From Bugula neritina (lineage: Eukaryota; Animalia; Bryozoa): a DNA stretch of 64,000 nucleotides. The position numbers and the translations under genes are program-made. The stretch spans positions 1,860,001 through 1,924,000 of the forward strand of contig OZ037770.1 in the NCBI GenBank assembly GCA_964035545.1, read 5' to 3'. Below the pieces are notes generated by a model. The model saw only the letters and a program-made list of their open reading frames with translations. It did no database searches and was not told the origin of the DNA. Below are positions 12,374 through 22,471 of the stretch, one piece after another. Within the stretch, counting starts at the first letter, position 1. Each line of letters starts with the position of its first letter.

Positions 12374-12905
12374 TCAGGCAAATGTAGGAGTTGTGAGCCC
12401 CACGCAATTATCAACTTTTGCGAGGGCGGAATAGTGGGAGGAATTATTGCGCTCGGGGCAAACAGTTTCAACCACGTGCAACAAACACGCCGCCCGGCTT
12501 TTTCTATGCTCACATCGCTAAGGACAGATGTGCCTCGCAACTACCTCAAACTATTACCATTGAACGTTGAGTATGGAAGCTAATACCAAGTTTACAGGTA
12601 AGCCAGTATAAGTCTTGTATTCCTATCCATGGAAACAGGCTCGATGCAGGTAAATTCTGAACTAATCAGTCGGATTGAATCAGAATTACTGGAGACCACG
12701 TTTCACGTGAACGACGATGAGGACACAGTAATGGCCGACTATCTGTTAGATCTTGAGCTAGACGCTGTTATTCTTGGTCAGTCTACATGCAATTAACTGG
12801 TCTCTCGAGTGCCTTATAAAAGTTGTGACTCTCAGACTAGTCGATCGCCACTAGAATTATGCTGTAAAGATCCATTGTGATCTGACAATAATTCTACTTT
12901 TGTAG

Positions 12906-13694
12906 ACAACGCACTCGCTCCCGTCTCGCCAGGGATGCCATCTTTGGAAATGGCCTGGGACCCAGAGCCCACCTCACAACCCCCCACTGCTAATCAGCTA
13001 CTACACCAACTAAAAGTCCAATCCTACTGAACCACACCCGCCACTGAGGCAGAAATCCAGAAGTACCGGGGGAATGACGACAACACAGAGTGTCGTTTGT
13101 GTCAGCAACACTTCACTACGCACAGACGATTGAGAGTACACCTCCCTCAACACTTTGTGACAACCTTCTGTCCCTGTGGTGAATACAGTTATTACAGGGA
13201 CTATGTGTTGAGTCATCAAAGGTTATGCGCTGTTTCCCGGGACATATCTACGATGTGGATGAACCCTCCTACCAGACTTTCCTAAATGTCATTCAGCCCT
13301 TCATCACCGACACTGCTCGACTCACCCGTCTGGAGCAAGGCTTTCCCTCACCTAGGCCCATCACGCCAGGACCCGTCACCAAGCCTCTCGGCTTTTCTAC
13401 CCCATCACCCCCTAACTCCATTCGTCGGCAGAGGACACTTACACGTGTCGTACTTCAGTGGATAGATACCCAGGCCCCCACTCCCCCCTTCCAGCAGAGT
13501 AGAAGAAGCATAGGTCACAATGGTCCCCCTCCCGTTCTTGTCCTCTGGCCTGCAACCTGCGGGAGGTCGGAATACGAGCAAATGAACTAAAAAAGGAGGT
13601 TTATAGGCTAACCCCCAGGGTGAAGGCAGCAACCAGTGAGCTAAAATCTTTGCAGGAGTCCATCAACCGACCAAAACGGGCCACCAAGGACTAG
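12906..13694 (+). pseudogene. G2 accessory ORF3 (C2H2 + C2HC finger + coiled coil), disrupted
   Basis: CRLC-x12-HLPQH, then FCPCG..H..C, then a heptad region ending at TAG 13694; one stop and about two frameshifts; homologous to 19806-20548. Confidence 0.8.
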
Positions 13695-13982
13695 TATAAC
13701 ACCCCCTCTACCTCTCTTCTGCACACCCTCTTAGCTCTAGACGATCTCTCATCCATTCCATTTCCCCTCTGATGTTCTGCCAGTGCTACGACAAATTATT
13801 TTTTGTAAATAGAACTCAAAGATAACTAGTGTAAATCTTGATATTATTTTTCTGTGTGTATTTTTTATGTAGCTGTATCACAATTGTTTTTATATGTATA
13901 TATTGGTGTCATTTTATTCTACGCTTCCCTCCACTTTGTATATCTTTTTAGCAGGAAGTAGGCTCCCTGCTGGAGGGGGCGG

Positions 13983-14289
13983 TGTAGTGGGCAGTGAATG
14001 GTAGGGCCATGTGCTCACTAGCCAATTATCATTCAGACACGTGACTTTTCCCGGCTTAGTAACTAGGTTCCGGACTGTAACATTAGTGTGCTCAGTTAGA
14101 TCGTGATGCTGATTATGACAAAAGAGTTTTATGTCTACGTGTGTTGTTAACCTGTATTACTTTTATTCTGTAAATGTGTATTAAATAAACCTGCTATCTC
14201 GATTCTCCGTCTGGTGTCTAACCATGCAACGTGGATAACTATAACATACACGAATCCTCACGTCTAATATAATTGTAAAAATTATAACA
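13983..14289 (+). repeat. G2 3' LTR
   Basis: TG...CA ends, follows the PPT, contains AATAAA, followed by ATAT. Confidence 0.9.
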
Positions 14290-14292
14290 ATA

Positions 14293-15238
14293 TTGGACAG
14301 CCAAACAACCATTAGTGAAAGCGGCAACTATATGATGCCATTGCCATTCAAAGAACACCCGATCTTGCCAAATAACTTTCAACAGGCACAAAGAAGACTA
14401 GAGGGCCTAGAGAAGCACTTTATGAAAGACCCTCAACTAAAAACCGATTATGAAAAGTTTATGAATGAGTTACTGGAACAAGATTTGGCTGAGCCAGTAG
14501 ATGATTACAGTGGAGCAAATGTGGAAAGGTGGTACATACCACATTTTGCAGTGAAGCATCCCCAGAAGAATAAATTGAGGGTGGTGTTTGACTGTAAGGC
14601 CTCCTACCAGGGCACATCTTTGAATGACCGTCTCCTGCAAAGCCCTGACCACATGAACTCCCTTGTAGGAATACTGTGCCATTTTAGGAGAGAGTCTATA
14701 GCAATCAGTTGTGACATACAGCAAATGTTCTATAACTTTCTTGTCACATCCGATGACAGAGATTATCTCCGGTTTATTTGGCATGACCAACATGGCCAAC
14801 ATCAAACCTTCAGAGTGAAGGTGCATCTTTTCGGTGCAAATTCCTCCCCTGGTGTTGAAACATATGGCTTGAGAAAAATCGCACAGGACCACACCTTTGT
14901 TTCCAGCACGGCCACAATGTTCATCAACCGTGACTTTTATGTCGATAATGGTATCACCAATGTTTCCTCAGAAGGCGAAGCCATTGCTCTTATATAGGCG
15001 GCTCGTGACATCTGCAGCAAGGGAAACTTTCGCGTACATAAGTTTGCATCTAACAGTGCAGAAGTTCTAGCAGCACTGCCAGAGTCTGAAAAATCTGTTC
15101 AGAACAAAGAGTTAATGGAGTTACTACCTGAACAACGCACCTTGGGTTTACAATGGGCCATGGAATCAGACATGTTCAAGTTTATCAATCAAATTCAGAA
15201 CAGTCAAAATACTAGACGGGGAATTTTATCAACATGTT
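14293..15238 (+). pseudogene. BEL/Pao reverse transcriptase fragment
   Basis: WYIPHFAV..KLRVVFDC, LNDRLLQSP, DIQQMF, HLFGANSSP, DFYVDN. Confidence 0.9.
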
Positions 15239-15727
15239 GATAAAATTACATATTACATATTACATATTACTAACTATTGAAACCTAAGAGCAGAAGCTGT
15301 ATTATCAAGTTATCAGAGAAGCGCTAAAGGTTTGTCTGCTATTAATTTTTCTATCATTTATTGTCTTAATGCTGTAATATCGATACATTTAGCTTATATT
15401 ATATGAAGTGGTTTATAGCTGACATTATTTTTAATGGATTATTATGCAGTAATATTTTGCTTACTTTAATGATTTTTATGTGTGTTATTTCCTTACAGTT
15501 GTTATTTTCTTGTACTTTATTTAGCCTTATATTGTGTGCATTTTATTTAGATTTTAGGGTGTAGCTTTGTGAGCAAAAGTGTTATACGTTGGAATAAAAT
15601 ACTAATAACTACACTCTTGAATTCCTAAACCTACTCTGATAAGTTTGCGGTTGCTAGCAGACCTAACAAAACTGCTACAATATATATAAGTTTTACTATT
15701 GCGAAGGTGTGGGCCATGGTACTCTGT

Positions 15728-15774
15728 TCTGTGCTGATGAGGGGACAAATCCCGAAACAGCTGCTGTCCACAGA
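15728..15774 (+). ncRNA. Type I hammerhead ribozyme (HHR1), probably from a Penelope or retrozyme remnant
   Basis: Stem I UCUGUG/CACAGA, CUGAUGA core, stem II GGGG-ACAAA-UCCC, GAAA, stem III CAG-CUG-CUG, cleavage triplet GUC. Confidence 0.85.
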
Positions 15775-15776
15775 TT

Positions 15777-15779
<3 letters not shown>

Positions 15780-15850
<71 letters not shown>

Positions 15851-15857
15851 TATATAT
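15780..15857. repeat. (TA)n microsatellite, insertion site of G3
   Basis: Direct reading; TA tract resumes at 21169. Confidence 0.95.
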
Positions 15858-15859
15858 GG

Positions 15860-16203
15860 TGTAATGGGATTACGTAGTCTAATAATGGAGTCGTCCCCTC
15901 TTGTGTGGAATACTAATAACCATGTTCTACTATCCAATCAGAGAGACCGGAAGGCAAGGTTCCGGTCAAGTGACTGTTCGCGGGTTAGCTAGCAGAAACC
16001 ATGTGTTGTTGAGAGCAGGGGCTCATAGTAGTAACATGTGTTTATAATTGATTGATGTATTGTGGTTTTGACATACTGTTATAATTATGTTTATCGAGTT
16101 AAATAAAGGTTATCGTACGCAAGCTCTGTTAGTAGTTGCTAGTTAAGTTGAAACTAAATACGCAGGCAATCCACGCTTGATAATTGTGCTAAAACTCACA
16201 ACA
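15860..16203 (+). repeat. G3 5' LTR
   Basis: TG...CA direct repeat of 20826-21168. Confidence 0.96.
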
Positions 16204-16204
16204 G

Positions 16205-16223
16205 TGGTGGCAGCGGTGGGATT
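16205..16223 (+). promoter_or_regulatory. Primer-binding site complementary to the tRNA-Leu 3' end
   Basis: TGGTGGCAGCGGTGGGATT is the reverse complement of the animal tRNA-Leu(AAG/TAG) 3' end plus CCA, recalled from knowledge. Confidence 0.85.
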
Positions 16224-16237
16224 TCGCGTATTTCAAG

Positions 16238-19063
16238 ATGACAGAAAGAGGCACAGAGCTACCCCTTCGGAGGAATGAAGGTGAGGAAGATAACATTGCT
16301 ATACCTATAAAACCAGAAGTGCGAGTACATAGGGAATGTTACGAAGAGAAGTACCGGCCAAGGGTACCCACCTTCTCAGGTGAAGAGCCGGTGGAGCAAT
16401 TCGTTCAGGAATTCCAAGATGTAATGGAGGTTGCACAATGGCCACCTAGAATAGCATTGCTCAAGCTCAGGATGGCGCTGTCAGACAAAGCCAAGTCGTA
16501 CGGAGTGGGACCAGACATTGACGGCATCTTTGCTTCCCTGCGGGACCGTTTTGGTATCTCCGCTGTGGAAGCGCGAGCCCGTCTTCAAAGACTACGGCGT
16601 GATTCTCACACGCCGCTACAAGAGCACGCTACCACGGTTATGAGACTGACGCAAATTGCGTTCCGCGATCTGCCGCAAGTAAACCGTGAGAGGTATACCT
16701 ATGATGCCTTCGTGCAGTCCATCAACGACTTGGGACTCCATCACCAACTCTTGGCGAGGGGAGTCACCACGGTCGAAGGTGCGCTGGCAGAAGGGGAGGC
16801 TTATCTTCTGGCCAGCCAGCTGCACCGGAGGCGTGTGACTTCTCGTCAGGTAGACATGGAGCCCTCCGCTGCTCCTACCGCTTCTCACGCGGAAACTCCA
16901 GCAGTGGCCAAGGTGACGCAGATGACGGTGGCATCACAGGTCGCACAAATGACCGACATGCTAGCCGAACTGGTCTCCGCCTTGGAAAGCCAGCTAGGCA
17001 CCACCCGTGAGCTTGACGGGCCACCGGTGCAGTCGCCTGGTAGAGGACACCCCTCCTGCTGGGGGTGTGGAAGACCAGGACACTTCCAAAAAAAACTGTC
17101 CCCGACTTCAACCAGGGTTAAACTACGATGGCCCGCGGATGCTCCCACATCCGGCGGGCCGCTGTTAAAACCCCAAGGGAGGACACAGTGGCGTCCGCCA
17201 CGCCGGACACCCGTCCGGGACCTCGCGGAACGGCCACCAGGACGGCGAGCAGGTTGTACAAGCCACTCGCCGCCGGTGTTCTCAATGCCACCCCGCAACA
17301 GGTTTAACAAACGACGGACCGCAGAGTCTGCGAGGAAAGGTGCCCAAACGCAGCAAGGCGCGGCGCCACCCCCTCGACAGCTGGTCCCGAGTCGTCGTCA
17401 AGAACCTAACCCCTCCGCCAAAGCGAGGGATATGAGGTCACCCAAGATACCACTACATCCCCACGAGAGCAGCCTGTTTCTACCAAGACAGATAGCCGGC
17501 AAACCTGCCAGATATCTGTTGGACACGGGCGGTACCACCAACCTCCTGGGTCGTCCATTCTTCGACACACTCAGTGCTCAGATCCTAAGCAGGTTGGAAC
17601 CGTATGAAGGCGATCATGGCACCCTGGCAGACGGGTCGTGCATCCCCTTCTACGGTATCATTGAACTCCCTGGGAGCGTCTGTGACCAGACCATCCAGAA
17701 GAGGTTCATAGTTGGACAACTCCAGGAGGACGCCATCCTTGGAATGCCATTCTTACAACGACACGGATGTCGCATCGATTTTGGTAAATCTGCGATGATT
17801 ATGGGCGGTAGGGAGCTCGCCTGTATCTATAAGTTTGGCCATCCCCTAGCGGGAGAAGAGCCGGTAGTACGTACTTGTACTATGCCTGGCCACTCCCGAG
17901 ACACCGTCCACCGCCAGGTAGACGGTGGCCGTACCTCCAAGCCGGGAGCTGTAGAGAGCGCGCACCCGAACGTCCCACCTGTCCGCAGCTCTAACCAGCT
18001 GACACGGAAAGGAAAGACCTCTGTGCCATGCCTCCACTCCCCCTCGGAGACAGTGAGCCTACCACCCACCTCTCCACCAAGCTGTACTCCTTCTGTTCAA
18101 GAAGATAACAGCAGGCCATCGCGGGAAACCGCGATGAAAAGTCCTCTAGAGAACCCGCTCTCAGGGCGAAGGACTGCTTCACCCCACGTCCCACACAGCC
18201 AGGGGACCCATGGGAGAACATCAGACGGTTGTGTAGATAACGAAAAGCGCCCAGAGACGGCCACGTTACTACACAAAACCGAGGCTACACCTCACCTTGG
18301 GGACCCTGACATGCCCCCAGAGGTGGCACGGGACCCCCACGTCGAACCCGTCTCAATCGATGGCGTCAAGGAGCTAGGACACCTCCAGGAACATATTCCG
18401 GGGGTGGTAGCCGACGTCTATCAAATGAAACGGGAAGGGCGACGACCCAGTGACAGACAACGGAAGCAGGGCTGCGCCGAGTGGCAGCTGTACTGCCGAC
18501 GTTGGAACGCACTGCGGATCGAGCCGGATGGTCTACTGACCATATCTTTGGCCGATAACCACCACCAGCCAGACCAGGAGAGGACTCTCTGTCCTGCCGC
18601 CATCCGCCGAGAGTTGATAGAAGAGGTACACCAGCAGGCTCACAGGGGAGCCCAACAGGTGTTCACCGAACTACAACTCTGGTGGTATTGGCCTCACATG
18701 GAGCGTGATGTACGACGCAGAGTTGGGCAGTGCGGAGTCTGCCGGGTCAGTAAGCACGGCCCCCCTCCTGACGAAGTAGGGCGGCGAAGGCAAAGTGCAG
18801 AAAGACCCGGGCAGACGGAGACTGCTAACTTGGTCGACAAACCGCCTAGGATGCAACCCAAAGCAGTGGCGAGGCAGGAAAAACCACACCCGTTCAGGGA
18901 AATGCGCTCACCGCCGTCAGCGTGCAAGCCGCCACCGCCACTTCCTAGGTCAGGAACCGACCTAGAAGTGCAAAAAACCCCCCAAGGGAGGGGCTCTTTG
19001 CGGAGGTACTGGGAAAGCTCCATTTGTCACAAATTGGCTGGAAGCACCACCTGTGAGACGTGA
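16238..19063 (+). CDS. G3 Gag-protease-integrase(HHCC only) fusion ORF, 941 aa
   Basis: Gag capsid-like region, CWGCGRPGH, YLLDTGG, then HQQAH...CGVC; no YxDD, RNase H or DDE core. Confidence 0.85.
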   Translation: MTERGTELPLRRNEGEEDNIAIPIKPEVRVHRECYEEKYRPRVPTFSGEEPVEQFVQEFQDVMEVAQWPPRIALLKLRMALSDKAKSYGVGPDIDGIFASLRDRFGISAVEARARLQRLRRDSHTPLQEHATTVMRLTQIAFRDLPQVNRERYTYDAFVQSINDLGLHHQLLARGVTTVEGALAEGEAYLLASQLHRRRVTSRQVDMEPSAAPTASHAETPAVAKVTQMTVASQVAQMTDMLAELVSALESQLGTTRELDGPPVQSPGRGHPSCWGCGRPGHFQKKLSPTSTRVKLRWPADAPTSGGPLLKPQGRTQWRPPRRTPVRDLAERPPGRRAGCTSHSPPVFSMPPRNRFNKRRTAESARKGAQTQQGAAPPPRQLVPSRRQEPNPSAKARDMRSPKIPLHPHESSLFLPRQIAGKPARYLLDTGGTTNLLGRPFFDTLSAQILSRLEPYEGDHGTLADGSCIPFYGIIELPGSVCDQTIQKRFIVGQLQEDAILGMPFLQRHGCRIDFGKSAMIMGGRELACIYKFGHPLAGEEPVVRTCTMPGHSRDTVHRQVDGGRTSKPGAVESAHPNVPPVRSSNQLTRKGKTSVPCLHSPSETVSLPPTSPPSCTPSVQEDNSRPSRETAMKSPLENPLSGRRTASPHVPHSQGTHGRTSDGCVDNEKRPETATLLHKTEATPHLGDPDMPPEVARDPHVEPVSIDGVKELGHLQEHIPGVVADVYQMKREGRRPSDRQRKQGCAEWQLYCRRWNALRIEPDGLLTISLADNHHQPDQERTLCPAAIRRELIEEVHQQAHRGAQQVFTELQLWWYWPHMERDVRRRVGQCGVCRVSKHGPPPDEVGRRRQSAERPGQTETANLVDKPPRMQPKAVARQEKPHPFREMRSPPSACKPPPPLPRSGTDLEVQKTPQGRGSLRRYWESSICHKLAGSTTCET

Positions 19064-19224
19064 CCGTCCACGGGTGCGTAAACCACCATGGCTGAGGACA
19101 ACACTTCCCTAGGCTCCGAACGGAGATGCTAGGAAAGCTGCATTTGTCACAAACTGGCTGGAAGAACCACCCAAGAGACGTGACCGTCTACGGGTGCGTA
19201 AACCGCCTTGGTTAGTGACGACAC
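19011..19224 (+). repeat. 120-bp tandem duplication in the G3 integrase tail
   Basis: CATTTGTCACAAA(T/C)TGGCTGGAAG at 19021 and 19141. Confidence 0.9.
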
Positions 19225-19805
19225 CTCGGAAACGGTGTCCTAAGCCAGGCCCCGCGTATTGCAAGGACTTACCACGTTCCGTTCAGGGCGCGGTCAAACG
19301 TCCTACGAGACGCCGTGAGGGGAAGAAAGCAGAGCGTGGGAGTTGTGAGCACCACGAAAATATCAACTTTTGCCTCGGCGGAAATTCAAATAAGATTCAT
19401 ACGCCGGAGGTAATAAGTCATAGTCACGTTTCACAACCACGCTGCTCGCTCTTTCATCACATTAATACAGCTGTGAGTAGATGTACGTAGAAATCATAAA
19501 CATACCACTCTCATTCACAATGGCTTGCCAAGAATCGAGAGGTGAGTTAGTTATGTTTTTGGTACGGGGGCCAAACTGTATTAATCAGCTTAACTATAAT
19601 AGGATAAGCTGGAGACTCGGTAATGATTTTTAGTGGTGGGAATTCACATTGACTCTAAGACTGAACAGTATGTTACAGCAGTGTGTGTTTTCGATCAACT
19701 ATTCATTAACTGAGTCTCACGAGTGTCTAATTGAGTTAAGTACTCACCAGGCTGTATACGCCGGTTGTACTCAATGTACCCTCTTACACTGTTATACTCT
19801 TGCAG

Positions 19806-20548
19806 ATCACACTCGATCGACCAACTCTGGGTCACAGGATCTACACTCTCTCTCCTTCTTGGATAACGGACCGGAAATGGACAACGGACTGCCCGCGGTG
19901 CTACGTCGAAGACACAGATGGGTGTCGCGACGGACGGAGCGGCAAATTGAAGAAGCCTGGGGACCGAGTAGGTCACAACACACCTGCCATGTGTGTTACG
20001 AAGAGCTTCCTTCACACCAAGGACTACGGCTGCATGTGAATGCACACTTCCTGCTACGTTTCTGTCCGTGTGGATTTCACGATGTATACCCCTACCCCGT
20101 CGTGGCTCATATGATGGACTGTTTCGCGGGCGAGGGCTATGTAGTAGATGCGGACAACTATGATCAATACCTAGAAGCGGTCAAACCCGTGGTTAAGAAG
20201 GCTTTAACCTGGGCCGCATTATCCTCCGGATTTTACACATTGCTAACGGCCGCCCGTCAGAAGTCCCCTATGGTGAAAACGGTTGCCGCAATCATACCAC
20301 GGCTAGACGATACCCCCATGGAAGCATCAGACTTGCCAGAAGAAGCGACGCCAACCCCAGCCAGGCCTACCCGACTGGCAACCGTCGAAGAAAGACTCCT
20401 ACAGCTGCAGGATGAATTCACCCAATTGGCACCCGACTTACTCAGCACTTCGATGAGCCTTAATGAACTAAAGGGCTCAGTGGGACGCCTTAAGCGTAGA
20501 CTACGTGCACGGCAAGCACGACACCGGATCCAGTCCCTGAAAAACTAG
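19806..20548 (+). CDS. G3 accessory ORF3: C2H2/C2HC zinc-finger + coiled-coil protein, predicted second exon of a spliced mRNA
   Basis: Intact frame with CHVC-x12-HVNAH, CPCG-x11-HMMDC and C-terminal heptads; acceptor ctcttgcag ending at 19805. Confidence 0.8.
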
Positions 20549-20825
20549 GAGCTGGCAGTTGACAATTCCACCCCACACATCCTCGGGGTACTACATTGTG
20601 ATCATTTAAATGCTTGACTGCTAATGACCTGCGATCCAGGACTCTCTCTTTATAGCTGGCCAGTTGTACGCTGGCCCTTCGTTATCTTACTTACATGTTT
20701 ATATATGTCGTACATTTGGTATTTCTCTTCTTTCTCTTTGTGGGTTTTCTTTACTTATGTTATTTTTTGCATTATTATACTATATTGTTTTATCAGAAAG
20801 TGGGGCTTTCTGCTGGTGGGGGCGG

Positions 20826-21168
20826 TGTAATGGGATTACGTAGTCTAATAATGGAGTCGTCCCCTCTTGTGTGGAATACTAATAACCATGTTCTACTATC
20901 CAATCAGAGAGACCGGAAGGCAAGGTTCCGGTCAAGTGACTGTTCGCGGGTTAGCTAGCAGAAACCATGTGTTGTTGAGAGCAGGGGCTCGTAGTAGTCA
21001 GACGTGTTATAATTGATTGATGTATTGTGGTTTTGACATACTGTTATAATTATGTTTATCGAGTTGAATAAAGGTTATCGTACGCAAGCTCTGTTAGTAG
21101 TTGCTAGTTAAGTTGAAACTAAATACGCAGGCAATCCACGCTTGATAATTGTGCTAAAACTCACAACA
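20826..21168 (+). repeat. G3 3' LTR
   Basis: Direct repeat of the 5' LTR, following the PPT. Confidence 0.96.
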
Positions 21169-21326
21169 ATATATATATATATTTGTATATATACATGTAT
21201 CTATATATATCGATATATAGATATTATATTATTTTATATTATTTATCATATTGTAACTGACATTGTGTACATTACAATACATTGTTTATGAATTCCTGAT
21301 AGACTGGTTACATCTATTATACTCAC

Positions 21327-21383
21327 CTCTTCTTCTGGTTCTTCTGCAGTTTCTGCTTCCACCTCCATTTCCCTTCCCAATCT
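21327..21383 (-). CDS. Host exon, duplicate copy (RLGREMEVEAETAEEPEEE)
   Basis: 57 bp, atttcag acceptor, gtgagt donor, phase 0-0. Confidence 0.6.
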
Positions 21384-21750
21384 CTGAAATATTTGATGAA
21401 AAAATTTGTTTTGCCCAATAATATTTTACATGCTACTCAACACTAAAAAATCTTTTTCATATGAAATGGTTTATAGCTGATATTATTTTTAGTGAATTAT
21501 TATGCAGTAATATTTTGCTTACTTTAATAATTTTTATGCATGTTATTTCCTAACAGTTCTTATTTTCTTGTACTTTATTTAACCTTATATTGTGTGCATT
21601 TTATTTAGATTTCACGGTGTCGCTTTGTGAGCAAAAGTGTTATAAGTAATTAGAATAAAACACTAATAACTACACTTACAAGACATCAGTTGAATTCCTG
21701 AACCTACTCTGATAAATTTGCGGTTGCTAGCAGACCTAACAAAACTGCTA

Positions 21751-22220
<470 letters not shown>

Positions 22221-22270
22221 AATTATATATATTTATATAAATATATATAAATATATATAGATACATGTAT

Positions 22271-22331
<61 letters not shown>

Positions 22332-22471
22332 ATATATACATGTATCTATATATATCGATATATAGATATTATATTATTTTATATTATTTATCATATTGTA
22401 ACTGACATTGTGTACATTACAATACATTGTTTATGAATTCCTGATAGACTGGTTACATCTATTATACTCAC

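Larger units (their letters stand above)
7672..14289 (+). mobile_element. Gypsy element G2 (5' LTR truncated by a MITE; gag, pol, zinc-finger ORF3, 3' LTR)
   Basis: 7672-7725 matches the end of 3' LTR 13983-14289; PBS TGGTGGCAGCAATGGGATT at 7727; PPT GGAGGGGGCGG at 13972-13982; RT, RNase H and integrase motifs present. Confidence 0.93.
15860..21168 (+). mobile_element. Gypsy element G3, both LTRs intact, non-autonomous (no RT, RNase H or integrase core)
   Basis: LTRs 15860-16203 and 20826-21168 differ by about 5 substitutions and 1 indel; PBS, PPT GGTGGGGGCGG, gag-PR ORF and ORF3 present. Confidence 0.96.

Noticed and set aside
11854-12540. Long antisense ORFs within the Gypsy elements (also 25722-26204, 28949-29512, 57430-57999 and 63229-63810)
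   Set aside because: These are shadow ORFs of GC-rich coding sequence and are not conserved between elements.
19649-19805. N-terminal part of the 299-aa ORF as coding, or ORF3 as an envelope gene
   Set aside because: It starts at TTG upstream of the splice acceptor; ORF3 has no signal peptide or transmembrane helix.
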